Part shown: positions 7,653 through 17,620 of the stretch, piece by piece
Position numbering within the stretch: position 1 is the first letter of the stretch
Layout: every line of letters starts with the position of its first letter
Origin: PVC group bacterium
Lineage (GTDB): Bacteria; Auribacterota; Erginobacteria; Erginobacterales; Erginobacteraceae
Assembly (NCBI GenBank): GCA_043804695.1
Contig: JAZDIV010000006.1
Span: 1-29,358, forward strand
DNA length: 29,358 nucleotides
Reading direction: 5' to 3'
Position numbers and translations under genes: made by a program
The notes under the pieces: generated by a model
Database searches by the model: none
Told to the model about the DNA's origin: nothing
What the model saw: the letters and a program-made list of their open reading frames with translations, nothing else

Positions 7653-8795
7653 GTGAACTTTCCGGCGAAACCGTATCTGACCAGGGCCCGTCTCCGGGTG
7701 TTTGAATACGACCCGGGACTTATCCGCCTCCGCCGGGCCGTGAGGATCATTCTCTGCGGGCTGTTCTCGATTGTTCCCGCGGGCCTGATCTCGGCCTTTT
7801 CCGCCATCGGCGTCTATCCTCGCGGAAACGCAGCGCCCCTTTTCGATCCGCGACTGATTCTGCCGGCCCTGATCATGTCGGTTCTCCTGGCCGCCGCCAT
7901 CGCCGGCGCCTCTCCGCGTGCCCGGCAGCTGGGGATGCTGAGAAATTTTTTGGGGGCGGTCGCCATCACCATCCCCGCCTCCCTGGTCACCGAGGGGTCT
8001 CTTTCCTACGGACTGCTTCTCTCCGGCGCCGCCTTTCTCGTTCTTTACCTCCGCCGGTTCGGCCCCTCCTGGAACGGGATCGCGATGATCGGCCTCCTCG
8101 CCCTGGTCCTGGTCCCCCGGCTGGAAATAACCCCCGCCCTGCTTCCCCGTTTCTGGGCCGTGCTCGCTGGAGCTTTCCTGGCCGGTTTCTTTGTCAGCTT
8201 CCATGTTCTGCCCGTCCGCCTGACCCGGGCGCTCCTGGATTGCCTGGCCCGCTTCCTCGCCGCCGCCGCCGTCTCCGGCCGGCACCTGTGCCTGACGGCC
8301 CGGGGCCGGGGACGCGACCATGCCGACATGATCAGGAAAGCGAAGCGGGAAATGGACGAGTCTCTCTTTCTCTGGTTCAGCATCGCCTCCGGGGTTCTTC
8401 CCCGGAAAGACCCGGCCTGGAACATCCTGGATGAGATCGCCGACGCCCAGTTCCGGCTCGGCAATCTCCTCCGGATCGCCCGGAGCGCGATCGAGCACCT
8501 CGCCGGCCCGCCGGGGGAGGGGACCCTCGTGCCGGCGGCGGCGGTTCTCGATGAACTGGAGTCCGTGCTCGAATCGGGGAGGAGGGCGCTGGTGCTGGAG
8601 GGAAAAATCCCCCTCGACCTGGAAGAATTCCAGAAAGAGGCCAGGCGTTTTCAGGAGGACTGGGAGTCCCGCCGGGGCCCGATCACCGCCGGGGACATCC
8701 AGGCCGGGAGGTTTGCCGTCGCCATGCTGCAGACCGGCCGGGTGCTGGGAGCTCTTTCCCGGGAAGCGTCGCAGCTGGCGGGGAGGGAAGGATGA
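7653..8795 (+). CDS. FUSC/aromatic acid exporter-like membrane protein, N-terminal-type subunit
   Basis: DPGLIRLRRAVR N-terminal motif, a hydrophobic TM block with YLRRFGP, then a helical cytoplasmic domain. The GTG start is uncertain. Confidence 0.65.
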   Translation: MNFPAKPYLTRARLRVFEYDPGLIRLRRAVRIILCGLFSIVPAGLISAFSAIGVYPRGNAAPLFDPRLILPALIMSVLLAAAIAGASPRARQLGMLRNFLGAVAITIPASLVTEGSLSYGLLLSGAAFLVLYLRRFGPSWNGIAMIGLLALVLVPRLEITPALLPRFWAVLAGAFLAGFFVSFHVLPVRLTRALLDCLARFLAAAAVSGRHLCLTARGRGRDHADMIRKAKREMDESLFLWFSIASGVLPRKDPAWNILDEIADAQFRLGNLLRIARSAIEHLAGPPGEGTLVPAAAVLDELESVLESGRRALVLEGKIPLDLEEFQKEARRFQEDWESRRGPITAGDIQAGRFAVAMLQTGRVLGALSREASQLAGREG

Positions 8796-9856
8796 GCGCC
8801 TTGAAACTGCGGCCGACGACCCGGATGGCGGTTCAGGGAGCGGTGGCCGTCGGGCTGGTCCTCTTCGTCAACTCCCTGCTCGGGCTGGAGCGTCCCTACT
8901 GGGGAGCTTTGATGGCCGTGGTGGTGATCGCCGGATCGTGGGGCGAGAACCTCGGCAAGCTCAAACAGCTTCTCCTGGGAACACTGGGGGCGGTGGCGGG
9001 CTCCCTGGTCTTCCTGGCCATGACCGGGCGGCATCCCGTCCCGGTCCTGGCCGTCTCCCTGACCTGCCTCTTCCTGTGGGCCTATTATGCCCCCGTCTCC
9101 TACACCGTGTCCTGCGCCTGGATGGGGGCCTTCGCCATCATTACCGTCACCTTCCTGCAGGGGGGCAGCAATCAGATCGCCCTCGGCCGCGGGATCCAGG
9201 TGATTCTCGGGGGAGGGTTGGGCATCCTGGCCTCCGCCTTCATCCTCCCGGTCGGGGCCGGGGGGGACCTGGATCGGCAGATCATCGACTTGAAAGATTT
9301 TTTACGGGAGACCGTCCGCCGGGGATTCGCCTCTTTTGCCGAAGAGCATGAGGATGAGTATTCGCTTTCCGCCGCCATCAAGATCGGCAGGCTCCTTTCG
9401 AAACTGACCGAGACCGGGAGAACGGCCGTCAACGAGTACATCATCTTCCCCGCCCGGCGCCGGGAGATTGCCATGCGTCTTAACCATGTCCGCCGTCTCA
9501 GTTCATATACCACCGGGCTGCTGGAAAGCCTGACGGCCTGCCGGGACGGGGACCTCACCCCGGGGATGCGCGCTTTCTTTTCCGCCGCCGCCAACCTGCT
9601 CGACCGGGCTTTTGCCGCCGAATCCCGCGATCCGGGGAACGCCGTTTCTCCCGAGGCCGAACTCGGTATCCTGCGGGGGCTTTTCACCAAGGAAGTAAGC
9701 CGGAGGGGAGAGGACTTCCCCCGTCGTGATCTCGCTCCCTATCTGATGGTCTTTTACTATATCCGGGGCATCGTCGAGACCACCGGGGATGTCCCCTGCG
9801 GACTTGCCGCGCACCCCGACGGACACACGGGCGGACTTCAGGCCCCCCGCCGATAG
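8792..9856 (+). CDS. FUSC family membrane protein
   Basis: LRPTTRMAVQ..VAV...ERPYWGALMAVVV...SWGE...GTLG, typical of the FUSC TM domain; ATGA overlap with the upstream gene. Confidence 0.75.
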   Translation: MSALKLRPTTRMAVQGAVAVGLVLFVNSLLGLERPYWGALMAVVVIAGSWGENLGKLKQLLLGTLGAVAGSLVFLAMTGRHPVPVLAVSLTCLFLWAYYAPVSYTVSCAWMGAFAIITVTFLQGGSNQIALGRGIQVILGGGLGILASAFILPVGAGGDLDRQIIDLKDFLRETVRRGFASFAEEHEDEYSLSAAIKIGRLLSKLTETGRTAVNEYIIFPARRREIAMRLNHVRRLSSYTTGLLESLTACRDGDLTPGMRAFFSAAANLLDRAFAAESRDPGNAVSPEAELGILRGLFTKEVSRRGEDFPRRDLAPYLMVFYYIRGIVETTGDVPCGLAAHPDGHTGGLQAPRR

Positions 9857-9988
9857 GAGTCCATTCAGCTTGCTCTCCCACCTCTGAGACTTTTTTCGTC
9901 AGTCCATGTTCGGATTTCCTCATTAATTATCGTGTTGTTTCAGAGAAAATCTTCGAAATACCTTTATAAGTAAGGCATAATTACTGCC

Positions 9989-12900
9989 ATGGAAGAGTTC
10001 TCTTCAGAACTGAAGAAATCGGCGGAGTTTCGTCTCTTCCTCAACGCCTGGGAATCCGGGCGAGACCTGCGGGCGCTCCGGGCGGCCGGATCCGCCCCCG
10101 GGTTCATCGTCGCCCGGGCCTACCGGGTGTCCCCCCGCCCCTTCCTGATGATCGCCCGGGGAGAGAAAGAGGCGGAGCGGCTCGGCCGGGAACTGGAGGG
10201 ATTCCTGGGCACGGCCCCGGTTGTCTTCCCGGCGCAAGAAGTGCTGCCGGGCGATCCGCCGCGGCCTGATCCCGTGGTCCAGGCGGAAAGGCTGGCCGTC
10301 CTCGGCCGCCTCGCCTCCCCGGGCGCCCGACAATTTCCCCTGATCGCCACTCCGGCGGCCCTGGCCGCCAACCTTCCCGCCCCCGAGGATTGCCGGGCTT
10401 CCGTGATCCGGCTGGCCTCCGGTGACGGGATGGAACCCGCGTTCCTCCGGGAGCGGCTGGTCGGGCAGGGGTACGAATACCAGGACCCGGTGATGGAGCG
10501 CGGACGGTTCGCCCGACGGGGAGGGGTGATCGATCTCTTCCCGGGGAACGCCGATCAACCCCTTCGGGTGGAGTTCGAGGGTGACCGCGTCGCCTCTCTG
10601 AGGAACTTCGACCCCCGGACCCAGCGGTCGATCGGATTGATCGAAAAGACGGAGATATCGCCCCTCGCCGGCGCGGGGCGGGCGTCCCTCTTCGACTATC
10701 TCCCGGAGGACTGCCGGCTGATCTGGGACAGCGGCGTTCTTCCGGAGGATCCGGCCGGCTTCGAACGCCGCCGGGAGGGGCGCCCCGCCGTCTTTTTCGC
10801 CCCGGACGCGATTTTCCCGGCAGAAAGCGGCCTGTCCGGCGGCCCGGAAATCCGGTTCTCCATCAACACCCTGGAGAAATTCAAGTACCGCGGCGAAGGA
10901 TCGCCCTATCCGCTCCTGGATGCTCTCCCCGGTCTGCTCGCCGACGGATACCGGGTGCTGATTTGCGCCCACAACCCGGGCGAGGCCGGGCGCCTGGAGG
11001 AGATCCTGAAAGAGCGGGGTGTCCATCCGGGCCCGGATCTCCGGGTGGCGGCCGGCGAGCTGACGGAAGGATTCATCTGGGAGGAACCCCGCCTGGCGGT
11101 GATGGGGGACGGCGAGATCTTCTCCCGGTACCGGCTCCCCCGTCCCCGCCAGAAGTACACCGGCACCGCGGGGGCCCTGCCGCGGGCCGATTTTCATCCC
11201 GGGGATTGGGTCGTCCACCTCGATCACGGGATCGGGAAGTTTCTGGGGATCAGGCAGCTGACAGTCGAGGGCCGGAGCCGGGAGATGCTCGTCATCCGGT
11301 ACGCGGAGAAGGCCCGCCTCTACCTGGACCTGACCCAGTCGCACCTCATTTCCCGCTATGTGGGAGCGGGAACGGCCCGGCCGAAACCGGACCGCCTGGG
11401 CGGGGGGCGCTGGCTCCGGGCCCGGGCCGCCGCCGGGGAGGCGATCCGGGACCTGGCGGCCGAGATGCTCGAACTGCAGGCGCACCGGGCGATACTGCGG
11501 GGCCATCCGTTCCCCCCCGATACCGCCTGGCAGAATGAGTTCGAGGCCGCCTTCATCTACCCGGAGACGCCGGAGCAGTCCCGGGCCGTCGCCGAGATCA
11601 AGCGGGACATGGAATCAGAGCGCCCGATGGACCGCCTTCTCTGCGGCGACGTGGGCTACGGGAAGACCGAGGTCGCCGTCCGGGCCGCTTTCAAGGCGGC
11701 GATAAACGGGAAGCAGACGGCGGTCCTGGTCCCGACCACGATCCTCGCCCAGCAGCACCTCCGGACTTTCCGGGAGCGGATGTCCGATTATCCGGTGCGG
11801 GCGGAGATGCTCTCCCGGCTGATCACGCCCGGGGAGCAAACGGCCATCCTCGTCGACCTGGCAGGCGGGAAGGTCGACATCGTGATCGGGACCCACCGGC
11901 TGCTCCAGGGCGACGTCGCCTTCAGCGACCTCGGCCTGGTCATCATTGATGAGGAGCAGCGATTCGGCGTCCGTCACAAGGAGAAACTGAAGCGGATGAA
12001 GCAGCTGGTCGATGTCCTCACTCTGACCGCCACCCCCATCCCCCGCACCCTCTACCTCTCCCTGACCGGCGCCCGCGATCTGAGCTCCATCACCACCCCT
12101 CCCCAGGACCGGCTGGCGGTGGAGACCCGGGTCATGCCCTATGATCCGGAGGTGATCAAAAACGCCGTCCGGCGGGAGGCGGAACGGAGCGGCCAAATCT
12201 ACTACCTTCACAACCGGGTCCGGGACATCGACCAGGTCCGCCGGCGGCTGGAGGTCTGGTTCCCGGACCTGGCGATCGCCTCCGCCCACGGCCGGATGAG
12301 GGAAGAGGAACTGGCCGGGGTGATGGACCGGTTCGCCGGCGGGGCGATCGATCTCCTGGTCTGCACCACCATCATCGAGTCGGGCCTCGACATCCCCAAC
12401 GCCAACACCCTGATCGTGGAGAACGCCCACCGGTTCGGACTGGCCGACCTTTACCAGCTCCGGGGGAGGGTGGGGCGTTTCAAGCACCAGGCCCACGCCT
12501 ACTTCTTCTACCCGCCCGCCGTCTATTTGGAGGCCGCCGCCCATCAGCGCCTCCGGGCCATCGAGGAGTTTTCTCACCTGGGGGCGGGCTACGGCCTGGC
12601 CCTCCGCGACCTGTAAATCCGGGGGGCCGGGAACATCCTGGGCCGGGAGCAGCACGGGCACATCGCCGCGGTCGGTTTCGACCTCTACTGCCGGCTCTTG
12701 AAGGAGAGCGTCGCCCGGCTCCGGGGGGAGGAGACGAAGCCGCCGCCGCGGGTGTCGATTGAGTTCACCCTTCCGGTCTCTCTCCCCGACGACTACACCG
12801 GGACAGAGAGCCAGCGGATCGAGATCTACCGGGACTGGGCGGAACTGGCCGGACGGGAGGAGATCGGACGGTGGCTGGACGCCCTCCGGGACCGTTTCGG

Positions 12901-13135
12901 CCCCCCGCCGCCGGAGGCGGAGCTGCTGGCACGGGTGGCGGAGCTGAAGCTGGCCGCGGCGGAGGAGGGGGTCACCTCGATCAGGTGGATCGAGGGACGG
13001 TACGCCTTCTTCCGGGGGGAAAAGGTTCTCCGCGCCTGGCCGGGCGCCGCTCCCGACTCCCCGGAAGCCCTCTCCCGGTTCATCAAAGAGGCGATGAAGA
13101 ACTGCCACTCCCTGAAGGATGCTGGTCGCCTCTAA
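9989..13135 (+). pseudogene. mfd: Transcription-repair coupling factor Mfd interrupted by one in-frame TAA at 12614-12616 (nonsense mutation or base-call error)
   Basis: RGGVIDLFP, RID domain (GDWVVHLDHGIGKF), CGDVGYGKTEVA, DEEQRFG and QLRGRVGR. The frame reads LRDL*IRGAGNILGREQHGHI and continues through the TRCF C-terminal domain to TAA 13135. Confidence 0.9.
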
Positions 13136-13206
13136 CTGTCATCACCTCCGTTTTGCCGCTGGGGGGGAAACAGCCTTCCGAAGAGGATATTATATCTCAC
13201 CTTGAG

Positions 13207-13226
13207 CCCGGGTTAATAAACCCGGG
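13207..13226. repeat. Short hairpin downstream of mfd
   Basis: CCCGGGTT-AATA-AACCCGGG at the left edge of the AT-rich island. Confidence 0.4.
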
Positions 13227-13433
13227 TGGGTCTTCTCCAGATCAGTTGAAACTGTTGAATTAAACTATATGCGAAACAAATTTTCTTGAGAGAGATACTA
13301 CCTTGGCCACAATTTAGGTTGCACTAAAGTATCGTTATTTAATGACTAAATCCTCAGCCAGAACTTACTCGAAAAGGTAACTAATAAAAGTTAATAATAC
13401 CAAAACAATGGTAGAAAACGAAGGAGAAAAAGC

Positions 13434-13461
13434 TTGTAAAAGTGCCGCAACATGCTATAGT
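13434..13461 (+). promoter_or_regulatory. Putative sigma70 promoter of the transposase
   Basis: TTGTAA, 16-bp spacer, TGcTATAGT; RBS AGGAGG at 13481-13486 precedes ATG 13493. Confidence 0.4.
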
Positions 13462-13492
13462 AAGCCAACTAACATCAATTAGGAGGCTAAAA

Positions 13493-14691
13493 ATGAAAGC
13501 ATGTGCGGCACAGTATAATCTACCATCTTCCACCCCTGTCGGCAACTTATTTATACCGGTTCCTGATACGGAATTCCACGATTTCCTGCTACAAATCGAT
13601 GAATTTGTCAAATTTGTTCCTGAGATTCTGGAAGCAATCGAGCGAGATCTGGACGAACGCGGAAAAAAGAAGAAAAAAGTTCGACTGACGGATAAACGAT
13701 TTGCTGAAGAGATGACCGGGGAACTGCCGGGCATACAGCTTGAGAAATATACAGTCAATGATCATGAACTGACTTTGGAGGTGGGACGGCCCCGAATGCC
13801 CGCTTATCTGGTTTGTGTATTTTTAATGATGCGGGGGAAACATGGCTCCATAACAAAGTTGAGAGACGTGACATTTCAGAGAGAGTCGATGTCTCTATAT
13901 TTGCTCATGCAAGAGCGGGGATATACGTTGCCGGCGCCGACTACGATTATGGAGAATATTAATAAGATCAGCAATGAGACGCGGGATTTGAGGAGACCTA
14001 TCAGCCGTTTGATTATTTATTTCCCAGTCGGCGGGAGATGCTCAATCGGGTGTTACAGCAGATGCGGGAGGATATCGGGGATGCCTACCGGGTAATCCGG
14101 TATACCGAAGAACGGATCTTCGAGGGGAAGGTGAGTGGTTCACGAGACAAGGTGTTGAGTTTGTCGGACAAGACGGCGGCTTACATCAAGAAGGGTGGCC
14201 GGGAACCGGTGATTGGTTACAAGCCACAGATAGGAAGAAGTGAGCATGGTTTTATCACCAGTCTGATCGTGAAGGAGGGAAACCCGGCGGATAGCGGAGA
14301 GCTAATTCCTGTGTTTCAAGATGCCGTTTCTCGGACCGGGGTTGTGCCGAAGGTGGTCAGTGTTGACGACGGGTATGCCTCAGGGGAAGGGCGAGATTAC
14401 ATTCTGGATATAGGGGTTAGTGTAGTGAGCATCAGTGGTTCCAAGGGGAAGAAGCTGATTGGCGAGGAGGACTGGGAGAGCGAAGATTATCAAGATGCGA
14501 GGGATGACCGATCAGCAGTCGAATCCTTGATCTTCGTATTGAAGTAGTGTTATTACTTTGGGCGTATGGGGAGGAGGGGATTGGAGGCGGTGCGGGCTGA
14601 GATGCTGGAGAAAGCATTGGCCTACAACTGTTGCCGGATAATCCATGAGAGGGAAAAGAAGCGCCGACAACAACTTAAGCAGGCCGCTTAA
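13493..14691 (+). pseudogene. DDE transposase pseudogene (ISNCY/IS5-like)
   Basis: The N-terminal part has GRPRMPAY. The frame changes near 13990 (probable internal deletion). The C-terminal part has IKKGGREPVIGYKPQ, GNPADS, VSVDDGY and RSAVESLIFVLK, then an in-frame TAG (14545-14547) followed by the continuation CYYFGRMGRRGLEAVRAEMLEKALAYN...KQAA* ending at 14691. Confidence 0.8.
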
Positions 14692-14788
14692 ACAGCGGTC
14701 GGGTCAGTCGTCAGTCATAAAACACAGTAGGATTGACTTTACGGAAGACGAATTTAGTGAATACCACGGGAAAATCTGAAGGAAAATC

Positions 14789-14941
14789 TTGACTCAAGGT
14801 AGCCACATATATATTACTTAAACTACCAGCGTCGCTACGCTCCGATAGTGGCTACCTTGGCCCGGAATACCCGGCTACCTTGCCCCGGAATGGGTGGCTA
14901 CCTTGGAGCGGAATACCCGGCTACTTTCACCGGAATACGCA
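14789..14941. mobile_element. Orphan IS21-family end with four 23-bp subterminal repeats
   Basis: GGCTACYTT..CCGGAAT-type units start at 14850, 14873, 14896 and 14919 and end ...CCGGAATACGCA (terminal CA). Multiple subterminal repeats and TG...CA ends are IS21 hallmarks. No istA/istB is present. Confidence 0.75.
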
Positions 14942-14981
14942 TGATACAATACGATAGAAAATAATAGCAGGAGTGTCCTGG

Positions 14982-16322
14982 ATGAAAAAAGCATCAATAA
15001 GTTGTCTTGCATTTATCTTATTCGCTATCTCCCAGGTTAATACAATCCCTGAAGAATCTTTAAAAGAACCCGGGAAAAGTAACGTGGAAACGGCCGGAGC
15101 TATTGTTAGAACGAAAGATAAGAACAATTCCACCGCCTTGTGTTCCGCCGCGGAAAGCGGCGATCTTGATGCCATCAACGCCCTGATCACAGCCGGATCT
15201 GATATCAATGTGGTTGACAGCTTGGGGAGATCACCTTTACACCAGGCAGTCGAGTATGGCCGGCATGATGCGGTTATCGCCCTGATTACTGCCGGGGCCG
15301 ATGTCAACGCGAAGGATAAGAATAACTGGACAGCCCTGATGCTCGCGGCAAAAGAGGGACATTCCGGGATAGTGAACGCTCTGATTATTGCCGGGGCCGA
15401 TATCGATTTATCCGATCAATATAGGATGATCCCTTTACGCCTGGCGGTTGGTTATAATCACCCTGATACGGTTACCGCCCTGGCGGCCGCCGGAGCTGAT
15501 GTCAATGCAAAGTATCAGAATGCTTGGACCTTATTAATGTCAGCGGCTAAGGATGGTCACGTCGAAACAGTAAACGCCCTGCTCGCCGCCGGGGCCGAGG
15601 TCAACGCGAAGGATAAGGAAGGCTGGACAGCATTGATGCTTGCGGCCAGAGAGGGACACTGTGAGGTAGTAAACGCCCTTCTCGTCGCCGGGGCTGATGT
15701 CAATACTAATAATAATAATGGCTGGACGGCTCTACTGCTCGCGGCAAAAGAGGGACATTCCGGGATAGTGAACGCTCTGATTATCGCCAGAGCCGATATC
15801 AATCTATCTGATCAAGATGGGATAACCCCTTTACGCCTGGCGGTTGGTCAGAATCACCCTGATACGGTTACTGCCCTGGCGGCCGCCGGAGCTGATGTCA
15901 ATGCACAGTATAAGAATGCTTGGACTTTATTGATGTCAGCGGCTAAGGATGGTCACGTCGAAACAGTAAACGCCCTGCTTGCCGCCGGGGCCGAGGTCAA
16001 CGCCAGTGGTAAAAACGGATATACGGCCTTGATGTCCGCGGCGAAAAGCGGACATAGCAAAATAATAAACACCCTGCTCACTGCCGGAGCCAATATCAAT
16101 GCAATCAGTGCTTCGGGAGGATCGGCTCTACATCTGGCTGCAGAATATGGTCATAATGACGCGGTTAAAACCTTGATCGCGGCTGGAGCCGATGTCAGTA
16201 TAACGGATATTTCAGGAAAATCACCCTTACACAGAGCTTCCGAAAATGGGCATAATATTGTAGTTAAAACGCTGATAAACGCCCAAATCGACTCCGGAGC
16301 GGATGCCAACGCAATGAAATAA
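14982..16322 (+). CDS. Secreted ankyrin-repeat protein (12 repeats)
   Basis: RBS AGGAG, signal-like MKKASISCLAFILFAISQ, then 33-aa repeats of the form TALMxAAxxGHxxxVxxLxxAGADVN. Confidence 0.9.
   Translation: MKKASISCLAFILFAISQVNTIPEESLKEPGKSNVETAGAIVRTKDKNNSTALCSAAESGDLDAINALITAGSDINVVDSLGRSPLHQAVEYGRHDAVIALITAGADVNAKDKNNWTALMLAAKEGHSGIVNALIIAGADIDLSDQYRMIPLRLAVGYNHPDTVTALAAAGADVNAKYQNAWTLLMSAAKDGHVETVNALLAAGAEVNAKDKEGWTALMLAAREGHCEVVNALLVAGADVNTNNNNGWTALLLAAKEGHSGIVNALIIARADINLSDQDGITPLRLAVGQNHPDTVTALAAAGADVNAQYKNAWTLLMSAAKDGHVETVNALLAAGAEVNASGKNGYTALMSAAKSGHSKIINTLLTAGANINAISASGGSALHLAAEYGHNDAVKTLIAAGADVSITDISGKSPLHRASENGHNIVVKTLINAQIDSGADANAMK
15341..16003 (+). repeat. Intragenic duplication in the ankyrin gene (15341-15607 vs 15737-16003; offset 396 bp)
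   Basis: Near-identical DNA; ankyrin repeats 3-5 recur as repeats 7-9. Confidence 0.85.
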
Positions 16323-16342
16323 GGGTGCTTCGGTGGCTATTA

Positions 16343-16750
16343 CGAGCTTATCCGTTGTCCCTGGTTCGTGAGCGGAGCGCAACGACATGACGTGAAATTA
16401 CTGAAGCCAACGTTAGATAACACCGTCGTAGATCGACCAGATGGTGATGGTTCACCAAAGGAACATCTTTGCGCCGACAAGGGATATGCTGGACAACCGG
16501 TCCAGCAAGCCATTGAAGAACGGAACTACGGTCCACATGTTCCCCAAAGGGGCGAGAAGGCACCAGCGAAGAAGAACTCTCGTTACTGCGTCAGGCGATG
16601 GGTGGTCGAACGAACTTTGTTGTCGCTGAATCGCTATCGGAAACTGCTGGTCCGATTTAAGAAGACCGCGGCAAGTCACGAGGCTTTATTGGATTTGGCA
16701 TACGCATTGATTGTTTTTAGACAGGTTATTGTTATTTACGGATAAGCTCT
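16343..16750 (+). mobile_element. Internally deleted IS5-family (IS427-like) element keeping both TIRs and the transposase 3' part
   Basis: GAGCTTATCCGT (16344-16355) and ACGGATAAGCTC (16738-16749) form a perfect 12-bp IR, with TA at 16341-16342 and 16751-16752. The encoded fragment has HD, LCADKGY and RWVVERT...RYRKLLVRF. Confidence 0.8.
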
Positions 16751-16774
16751 TAGGCAAGCATTTAAAATTAAAAT

Positions 16775-17620
16775 TTATTGCGGTATTCTTCCCTGGTTAC
16801 GCAGTACTGATTCAAGGTTTTTAGTGGCTTCTTTATAGTCGGGCGTAATTGTCAGCGCGTTTTTGAAATCCGCGATCGCCCGGTCATATTTTCCCATGGT
16901 GGCATAGACAGCACCCCGGTTGTTATAAGCCCTGGCTGAAGCCGGATTAAGTTCCAGAATTGTTGTGAAGTCCGAGATCGCCTCCGGGTATTCCTTCTGA
17001 TTGGCATATGCTGTTCCTCGATTGATATAAGCATCAATATAAACGGGATCGATTTTTAAAGCCCGTGTGAAATCGTCAATCGCCTGGTCGAATTCGCCCC
17101 GTTTGGCGTGGGCGGTTCCTCGATTGTTATAGATCTCCACACTACTTAAATTAATGTTTGAAGCTTTCTTAAATTCAATGACCGCTCTCCGACGTTTATC
17201 CATTTTAGTATACGCGGCTCCTTTATCATAAAATGCTTCCATATGCTTCGAACTGGCTTTTAATGCCCGGTTAAAGTCTTCAATAGCCGGGCCATAATTT
17301 CCTTTTTTAGTGTAGGCTACCCCCCGATTGTAATAAGCCCCAACATAAGCCGATTCAATCTTGATCGCCCGGTTAAAATCGAATATCGCTTTATCGTATT
17401 CCCCTTTTTGTAAATATGCTAACCCACGGTTGTTATACGGCCGTGCTTTGCCGGGAGATTTGGTAACGACATCACCCCACAATGTCAATTCATCCGTCCA
17501 GACCGCATTCCTCCGGAAGGTTAGAATTGAATAAAAACCGGCTACAAGAATCAGGGAGATCACCATCACCTGTGTCCGTCGATTATTCAGAACATAGTAC
17601 AGAATGACCGGGAGGAAAAA
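16775..17620 (-). pseudogene. C-terminal part of a TMTC-like membrane/TPR protein
   Basis: A final TM helix, RNAVWTDELTLW..VV.KSP, then about six TPRs (YNNRG.AY...G.YD.AI.DF..A). It lacks its own N-terminal membrane domain, and the ORF-track start at 17656 lies in the upstream gene's sequence. Confidence 0.65.

Noticed and set aside
12614..14547. Stop-codon reassignment or pyrrolysine readthrough (TAA in mfd, TAG in the transposase)
   Set aside because: TAA and TAG end many intact genes here (e.g. 1949, 2202, 9856, 27827), and the TAG lies in an already broken transposase.
13315..14766. Candidate terminal inverted repeats of the ISNCY/IS5-like element (TAGGTTGCACTAAAGT vs the reverse complement TGGTATTCACTAAATT)
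   Set aside because: Only 11/16 match and there is no clear target duplication, which is too weak to fix the boundaries.
14850..14941. 23-bp periodic repeats as a CRISPR array or iterons
   Set aside because: The units are contiguous with no unique spacers, no cas or rep gene is nearby, and the array ends in an IS21-type CA terminus.
15341..16003. Ankyrin duplication as a DGR template/variable repeat pair
   Set aside because: Both copies are in frame within one gene, the differences are not adenine-specific, and there is no reverse transcriptase in the window.
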